From NCBI GenBank assembly GCA_016839785.1, contig JAEOTQ010000086.1:1-11895 (forward strand): a stretch of DNA of 11,895 nt, read 5' to 3'. The notes under the pieces are model-generated. The model saw nothing but the letters and a program-made list of their open reading frames with translations, was not told where the DNA came from and did not search any database. This document shows, one piece after another, positions 6,224-11,895 of the stretch. Source of the stretch: Candidatus Hodarchaeota archaeon (GTDB taxonomy: Archaea > Asgardarchaeota > Heimdallarchaeia > Hodarchaeales > Hodarchaeaceae). Both the position numbers and the translations under genes were made by a program. How positions within the stretch are numbered: the first letter of the stretch is position 1; each line of letters starts with the position of its first letter.

Positions 6224-9200
6224 TGGATAACAATAAACTTCGGAATATGGATCAATTTGAAGGAAAAATCCAGCCTATCGATCTAGCAGCGGATGCTCAA
6301 AAATTAGCTACTTTTTTTAACGAAATAGATGATCTTTGGCCTGGAACCTTTACACAAGGTATAAAATTTGATGAAAAACGTGCCAGAGAGTTTATTGGTA
6401 AGAGAAAGGCGTTGGAAACCTATGTGGCATTTGATCCGACAGACAGGATAGTTGGATTTGTGTCTGTGCATAAACGGATGGAAGAACTGAATGTTTCCTA
6501 TATTGGAATTCTTGGAGCTCATCCAGATGTGTTATCAAAAAAGTATGGAAAACATCTTCTTTTAACCGCTATTGAGTTTAGTGTCGCAAATGGGGATATT
6601 CGTCAGGATTTACACACATGGGCTTCTAATATGAAAGCTGTTCCATTATATAAAAAGATCGGACTCCAGTGGGTGCCAGATACCTCAGTTTACATGCAAA
6701 ATTATGTCCCAGCCATTTTGCAAGATAGTTTTTGCAAACCATATTTTGAAAAACATCCAGATTGGTATTTAGATCAAAAACGGGATTTTTCTCAGGCACC
6801 TGATGATAATTCTTTTGGAAAGATGAAAGTGTTTAACTATCATTTTGAAAATAATGGAGATTATCTAAAAGTAATGGTTGATAGGTATAGTCGATCAATT
6901 ATGGGAATAACTCGATGTCTGGATGGAGAAGAATTAAGTCTCATTCTCCAGTATGATGAACATGATGTTTTTACAGGTATAGAAGAACCATTTTCCCTCA
7001 AAGTTGAGAATAAGACAAGTAAAGAGTTTTCACTCAATGTAGCTTTTGAACCTTCTAATGAAATCACGCCTCAGAAGACACAATTAAGTACTCAAGTTCC
7101 AATTGGAAGTGTGAGCATTGATAATTCATATTCAGTGATTGACACAACCATAGATTCCAGTATCTACCGAAAAACACCAAGTATCAAAGCAAGGATCACT
7201 TTGAATGGAAATGATCTAATTTTAGAATCAGGTGTTAGAGCAAAACAACCTGTTGATATCACTGGCTCAGATCTCCATAGATGGATTCCTACAGGAAAAC
7301 AACACTTTGGTTTGAATATTAATAATCGGACAACTAATTCAATTCAAGGAGATATTGTCTTTTGGTCTGATTCAGATATTCATATACATAATCCTGTAAA
7401 TCGGATAAATATTGAGCCAGAAAGCTATATTGGTCTTCAAGCAGTCCTCGAAATACCAGAATTTGAAGAGGATAAAGCGATTACTCTCTTTTGTCAACTA
7501 AGAATGAAAGAGGCAAAGAGTAGAGTATTTGAAGTCCCAGTTTTCGTTTCCAATCATCCAGCAATTGCCGCAAGAATACAAGCGGACAAAAAACGAGTGT
7601 TCCTGCAAAATCAATACGTTCAGTCCATCATTCATCTTGAAGGAGCCCGTGCGATCTTAAAATCAACAGAAGATTCAGCAATGGGACTCAGTGTAAACAT
7701 CCTAGACTTTGGTCCTCCATTTGGATTTAGTGAATTTAATCAAGTGAAATTTGATCCAGAAATAATATACACAAAGAACTCGATTAGAGTGAAACTCACA
7801 AAACGAAGTCGATCAAAAGAAAATCTTGTATTTTCTCGATATATTGAACTCCGACCAGGTGATACTCATATTGCCGTTTGGGAAGAGATTCAGAATTTAG
7901 GATTAATCCAGGATCAGGTAACTATCCTGATGCAACCATCGTATAGTGGGGGGATAAATTTGCCAATGGGTAATAGGTATCTTATTTTTGAGAATGAACT
8001 AGTCACAGGACCTAATTATCTTTGGCCTATACGAGAGGGCGATCTTCCCGAAGGAACGGATCGCTACGAACCCTGGGTGTGTGTTGAATCGGGAAATGTA
8101 ACTTATTATCACATTTATCAAACAGAAAATACGTTAGCTAATCCAAGTAGAGGTTCTCTAACGACATTAGAAAAAACTGTTCTCATCCCCAGTTTATCTA
8201 CAGCTTCATCGCCAAAAAGTTGGTTAGGATGCAGTTTAAAGGACACCTGGAAAGGTGTTCGAGATTTATCTTACTATTTGTGTAAGAAAACACTTCTTTC
8301 ACATTCAGAAAAGATGCTTAATCCAAAGTCATATTTAGAATTCTCAATTCCCAATGACGATTTACTTCTCGGGAATAAGATCAATACTGTAAATCTAAGT
8401 TTAACATCAACCCGTTTTCTCCCCTTATCAGGCCAAGTAGTGTTTGATCTCCCTGACGGGTGGATATGTTCACCTGAAAGCCAAGAATTTTCTGAACTGA
8501 ATTTGAAAAATCCTCAAAGTTTTTTGTTTCAGATTCAACTACCAGAGATAACTAAATCACATACTGATAAATTTTTAGTTAGGATCAAGTCTCCTACGGG
8601 AGAAATATCTAAAGAATTTCCAGTTCTTGTATTTAACGGTTCTTTACGCCCAAAAATAACAACATTAGCTCCCATTGACGAAAAAAGTATCATTAAGGTA
8701 CAGAATGAATCCCTCGAGATTACTAGTTCAAAAGATTTTGTTGGCACTCTCACTTCTTTGCGATATATGGATACAGACTATGTACTGTCAAATTTTCCTA
8801 CAATGGTTCCATCATTATTCTTCAATCAAGATCCTGCAGGTTTATTAACTATATTACTAGGTCAAAATGATGATCTAAGCGATCTTAAATTCTTCAAAGA
8901 GCAATACCATGAATTAGAGGTTCATAACGATCCATGGTATGGAGTAGAATATACTGTGAACGTGACAGAACGAAAATCGTTGAAAGGTTTGGTTTTCAAA
9001 ACATCCTATGAATTATTAGGGGGAGACTCAAACCTTCTAAAAGTTAGTCTATCTGTTTCTAATCCTACTTCTGCAACATTTCAATTATTGTCATTAAGTC
9101 TCTTAAGTCCTGCAATTAATGGAACTATTGACAATTTAACCTCGCATATTAATGTAGATGATTCATCGTTGAGACATACCTTTACAAGAGAGAATCCACA

Positions 9201-9456
9201 ACCAATTTTTGCATTAGGCTCAAAGAGTCTGACGAGATTAGACTATGTAAAAGATGGGAAAATGCTATCCATTGTAGCTCCTCAGTCAGATACGAACTTA
9301 TTCCCTCTCGATGCAGGAAAAATGATTCTTGGAGGAGGTGTAGCTAAATCTTGGAATCTAGAACCGAACAAATCCGAAAGTTGCTCGTTCTTCTTAGTAT
9401 TGGGTTCTCCAGATGACATGAATTCTGAAGAGATTTCCAATTTATTTCGCCAATAA
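6223..9456 (+). CDS. Large multidomain GNAT-family N-acetyltransferase (N-terminal GNAT plus about 900 aa of predicted beta-sandwich domains)
   Basis: GNAT motifs in the first ~160 aa: 'RIVGFVSV', motif A 'YIGILGAHPDVLSKKYGKHLL', motif B 'TWASNMKAVPLYKKIG'. The remainder is rich in alternating beta-strand patterns and includes the Ig-like 'FDLPDGW' motif (LPDGW at 8449-8463). No signal peptide. Confidence 0.88.
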   Translation: MDNNKLRNMDQFEGKIQPIDLAADAQKLATFFNEIDDLWPGTFTQGIKFDEKRAREFIGKRKALETYVAFDPTDRIVGFVSVHKRMEELNVSYIGILGAHPDVLSKKYGKHLLLTAIEFSVANGDIRQDLHTWASNMKAVPLYKKIGLQWVPDTSVYMQNYVPAILQDSFCKPYFEKHPDWYLDQKRDFSQAPDDNSFGKMKVFNYHFENNGDYLKVMVDRYSRSIMGITRCLDGEELSLILQYDEHDVFTGIEEPFSLKVENKTSKEFSLNVAFEPSNEITPQKTQLSTQVPIGSVSIDNSYSVIDTTIDSSIYRKTPSIKARITLNGNDLILESGVRAKQPVDITGSDLHRWIPTGKQHFGLNINNRTTNSIQGDIVFWSDSDIHIHNPVNRINIEPESYIGLQAVLEIPEFEEDKAITLFCQLRMKEAKSRVFEVPVFVSNHPAIAARIQADKKRVFLQNQYVQSIIHLEGARAILKSTEDSAMGLSVNILDFGPPFGFSEFNQVKFDPEIIYTKNSIRVKLTKRSRSKENLVFSRYIELRPGDTHIAVWEEIQNLGLIQDQVTILMQPSYSGGINLPMGNRYLIFENELVTGPNYLWPIREGDLPEGTDRYEPWVCVESGNVTYYHIYQTENTLANPSRGSLTTLEKTVLIPSLSTASSPKSWLGCSLKDTWKGVRDLSYYLCKKTLLSHSEKMLNPKSYLEFSIPNDDLLLGNKINTVNLSLTSTRFLPLSGQVVFDLPDGWICSPESQEFSELNLKNPQSFLFQIQLPEITKSHTDKFLVRIKSPTGEISKEFPVLVFNGSLRPKITTLAPIDEKSIIKVQNESLEITSSKDFVGTLTSLRYMDTDYVLSNFPTMVPSLFFNQDPAGLLTILLGQNDDLSDLKFFKEQYHELEVHNDPWYGVEYTVNVTERKSLKGLVFKTSYELLGGDSNLLKVSLSVSNPTSATFQLLSLSLLSPAINGTIDNLTSHINVDDSSLRHTFTRENPQPIFALGSKSLTRLDYVKDGKMLSIVAPQSDTNLFPLDAGKMILGGGVAKSWNLEPNKSESCSFFLVLGSPDDMNSEEISNLFRQ

Positions 9457-9537
9457 TTTCATACAGGGTGTTCTGATTTTAACTGGTTCATAATGGTTAT
9501 TACTTGCCATTTTTATGGGTTCTACTGTCGTCTACAA

Positions 9538-9563
9538 TTTTATATCCATAAGAATCTTGAGGA
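9538..9563 (+). promoter_or_regulatory. Candidate TATA box and SD for the methyltransferase gene
   Basis: TTTTATAT at 9538-9545 is about 22-29 nt upstream of ATG 9567. GAGGA is at 9559-9563. Confidence 0.4.
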
Positions 9564-9566
9564 AAA

Positions 9567-10289
9567 ATGTCCCAAAAGCTCGATAAAACACCTAATGTAA
9601 TATCAAAAATGTTTACTTCATTAGCTCCACGTTATGATTTAATGAATGACGTGATGACAGGTTTCACTCATCACCACACACGAAAATTTGCCTTAGAACT
9701 AATCAGGGAGAAACAGATCGATCGAATCTTAGATCTCGCATCTGGAACAGGAGATTTTGCATTTCTTCTCAATAATTTGCTGAAATCAGAGACTGTGATT
9801 ATTGGATGCGACTTCTCAAGAGGAATGTTGGAAATTGCGTGTCATCGACTGCAAACTATCCAAAATGTAGCAGAAAAAAAATTGGCATTTTTTTGCTCGG
9901 ATATCAATCACCTTCCATTTTCTGATAAAATTTTTGATGTTTGTTCCATAATCTATGGATTAAGGAACGTCCAGGATCCATTAGGTGTCTTGCACGAGAT
10001 TTATCGTCTAACTAAACCAAATGGCAGGTTAGTCATTGTAGAGTCAAATATCCCATTAAATCCTATCATTCGGTTTTTACTGTCATTCTATTTCAAAAAA
10101 ATTGTTCCTATTATCGCTTCTTTATTCGCATCAAATGTACAAGCCTATGATTATTATTTTAAATCTGTAGAACAATTTATAGCTCCAATTGGTTTATTAA
10201 AATTATTAAAAAAATCAAATTGGAACCAGGTGACCATTAATCGATTGTTGTTTGATACGGTCATAGTTTATGAAATATCTAAGAAGTAA
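9567..10289 (+). CDS. menG: UbiE/MenG family SAM-dependent C-methyltransferase (demethylmenaquinone methyltransferase-like)
   Basis: UbiE signature 'MFTSLAPRYDLMNDVMT'; SAM motif 'ILDLASGTGDFA'; 'GCDFSRGML'; 'LPFSDKIFD'; 'YGLRNV'; 'EIYRLTKPNGRLVIVE'; 'AYDYYFKSVEQF'. Confidence 0.88.
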   Translation: MSQKLDKTPNVISKMFTSLAPRYDLMNDVMTGFTHHHTRKFALELIREKQIDRILDLASGTGDFAFLLNNLLKSETVIIGCDFSRGMLEIACHRLQTIQNVAEKKLAFFCSDINHLPFSDKIFDVCSIIYGLRNVQDPLGVLHEIYRLTKPNGRLVIVESNIPLNPIIRFLLSFYFKKIVPIIASLFASNVQAYDYYFKSVEQFIAPIGLLKLLKKSNWNQVTINRLLFDTVIVYEISKK

Positions 10290-10441
10290 CCGTCAAATTC
10301 AGTAGAGATTTCTTGGTTCAATCAAGCTGAAGTCATATTCACTGATAGTGGATAGCATTATTACTATTTCTTCTTATTCTTGTTAATTAAATGCATACCT
10401 TTACATTGGATAGGATTGACCTAAAATAGGAAGTTACGTTT

Positions 10442-11788
10442 ATGGTGTCAGAATCTACGTATATAGACGATATGAACCAACTATTAATTACATTAGTTCA
10501 GAATAAGTGTATAAATCCCCCTGGAAACGAGCTTAAGTCAATTCAGGTCATTGAAAAATATCTGAAGGATCGAAATGTTCCCTGTAAGGTGCTTGAGTCA
10601 GCGCCAAATCGCGGAAATTTAATTTCTGAAATCAAAGGAACGGGAAAAAGACCATCACTTATGTTTGGCCCCTCGCATGTAGATGTCGTCCCAATTGGGA
10701 ATGAATCTGCATGGGAAGTAGAGCCATTTAGTGGAATCATTAAAGATGATCATATTTGGGGACGTGGAACGACTGATATGTTATTCATTGTTGTTACACA
10801 ACTACAAGCATTCATTCGTCTTTATGAAGAAGGTTTCAAGCCTAAAGGCGATCTTAGACTCTGTATAGTTGCTGATGAAGAGGTTGGTGGTACATATGGT
10901 ACTAAATGGTTGATGGAAAACCAATCTGAGTTCATGAAAGTCGATTATGCCTTAAGTGAAGCCGGAGGTATTCCCATAGCACCTGGTCGGTTACTGATAG
11001 TAATTGGCGAAAAGGGAGCTGGATGGAAACGAATTTCCTTCAAAGGGACTTCCTCACATGGGTCGATGCCATATAAAACAGATAACGCAGTGGTCAAAGC
11101 AAGTATTGCAACGAAAAGATTAGCCAGTTATAATCCACCCTTACGAACCGAATACCTAAAGTACATGTCTAAAGGTATGGGGTTGAACTTTTTAACCAGA
11201 ACTATGCTTGGAAATCGATTCTTAGTTCCAATAGCCCTAAAAATCGCCTATAAGCAAAATCCAGTGATGGGACGCTTATTACACGCTCTTTCGAGAATGA
11301 CAATATCACCTAATATTATCAAAGGGGGAACTAAGACCAATGTTGTAGCTGGAGAGGCGTACATCGATGTTGATGTCCGAACTTTACCTGATCAGGATGA
11401 TGAGTATATCATCAAACATCTACGGAAAGCCATGGGTGCCTTAGGTAAAGAAGCAAAAATAGAGCAATTTTCAAGCGAAACTGGATTTTTTTCATCAATT
11501 GGAACTGCTAGTGATCCTGAATCTGAAATATTTTCTCATATGTGCAAAGCTGTTGAGGAATATTACCCAGAAGTTACATTTGTTCCATTAGTAATGGCCG
11601 CAGCTACTGATTTACGCTTTTTACGAGAAGTTGGAGCACAAGCATATGGTTTTTCCCTTTTCCCACCGGAAACACCAATGAATACGATGGCAGATTTTCC
11701 TCATGGACCAAATGAACGAATCAGTCTTAAAACAATGGAATATACTTTCAAGGCATACTATAATCTTGCGAGGAGTTTTCTAGAATAG
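10442..11788 (+). CDS. M20 family metallopeptidase/aminoacylase (ArgE/DapE/ACY1/carboxypeptidase-S-like)
   Basis: Metal-ligand motifs SHVDVVP, WGRGTTDM, ADEEVGG, SEAGG and HGPNERIS, plus dimerisation-domain motifs 'GTSSHGSMP' and 'GGTKTNVV'. Confidence 0.93.
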   Translation: MVSESTYIDDMNQLLITLVQNKCINPPGNELKSIQVIEKYLKDRNVPCKVLESAPNRGNLISEIKGTGKRPSLMFGPSHVDVVPIGNESAWEVEPFSGIIKDDHIWGRGTTDMLFIVVTQLQAFIRLYEEGFKPKGDLRLCIVADEEVGGTYGTKWLMENQSEFMKVDYALSEAGGIPIAPGRLLIVIGEKGAGWKRISFKGTSSHGSMPYKTDNAVVKASIATKRLASYNPPLRTEYLKYMSKGMGLNFLTRTMLGNRFLVPIALKIAYKQNPVMGRLLHALSRMTISPNIIKGGTKTNVVAGEAYIDVDVRTLPDQDDEYIIKHLRKAMGALGKEAKIEQFSSETGFFSSIGTASDPESEIFSHMCKAVEEYYPEVTFVPLVMAAATDLRFLREVGAQAYGFSLFPPETPMNTMADFPHGPNERISLKTMEYTFKAYYNLARSFLE

Positions 11789-11865
11789 AAAATTTTGATG
11801 GGAGAGCGATTTATCAGGAATTTTTCTTAAATCCCAATTAATTTTACCAGATTTAGGCGCAAAGT

Positions 11866-11895
11866 ATGGCAGGAGAAATTTTAGCAGTAGCTACC
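11866..11895 (+). CDS. Probable 5' end of the next gene (MAGEILAVAT...), possibly a membrane protein/DMT transporter
   Basis: ATG 11866 is open to the window end, with an in-frame TAG upstream at 11854. 'GEILA' resembles the N-termini of some EamA proteins. Only 10 codons are visible. Confidence 0.35.
   Translation, partial: MAGEILAVAT

Noticed and set aside
6304-8753. Three short minus-strand ORFs (6304-6522, 6861-7067, 8535-8753)
   Set aside because: Antisense shadows inside the 1077-aa GNAT gene, with no independent support.
10420-10430. CCTA-AAA-TAGG mini inverted repeat upstream of the M20 gene
   Set aside because: A 4-bp stem is too short to distinguish from chance.
10290-10441. Possible tRNA, ncRNA or CRISPR in the longer intergenic gaps (also 9457-9566 and 6091-6222)
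   Set aside because: AT-rich, with no cloverleaf or T-loop motif, no GC-rich stems and no regularly spaced repeats visible.
10543-10740. 65-aa minus-strand ORF
   Set aside because: Antisense shadow over the conserved M20 motifs.
11786-11830. Read-through of the M20 TAG adding KILMGERFIRNFS
   Set aside because: The domain is already complete at 'RSFLE', and a 13-codon open stretch is expected by chance.
1-11895. Genome-wide stop-codon reassignment (TAA/TAG as sense)
   Set aside because: Six genes end in TAA at plausible positions, the M20 gene ends in TAG at its natural family terminus, and the long ORFs have no internal stops. Only gene-specific recoding or decay remains possible.

Overview
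AT-rich, gene-dense prokaryotic DNA that looks archaeal, probably Asgard (Heimdall/Hod/Loki-like). This assignment is an inference from the Hef-like helicase, the short archaeal-type M50 protease, TATA-like boxes, GGTG/GAGG Shine-Dalgarno sites and a long apolipoprotein-like helical protein. Gene order: 3' end of an M50 site-2 protease (+); Hef/FANCM-type SF2 helicase with degenerate ATPase motifs (-); EamA/DMT transporter (+); Nudix hydrolase interrupted by in-frame stops (-); small membrane-anchored orphan flanked by a 15-bp direct repeat (+); ~661-aa hendecad (11/3) helical rod protein (-); 1077-aa GNAT acetyltransferase with a large beta-rich tail (+); UbiE/MenG methyltransferase (+); M20 peptidase/aminoacylase (+); probable start of one more gene at the right edge. 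I saw no rRNA, tRNA, CRISPR array, transposase or integrase. The best leads are the Nudix reading frame that continues past TAG and TAA, the repeat-bounded orphan cassette beside it, the helicase lacking both canonical Mg2+ ligands, and the hendecad rod divergently paired with the giant GNAT. No complete new system can be proven from the sequence alone.
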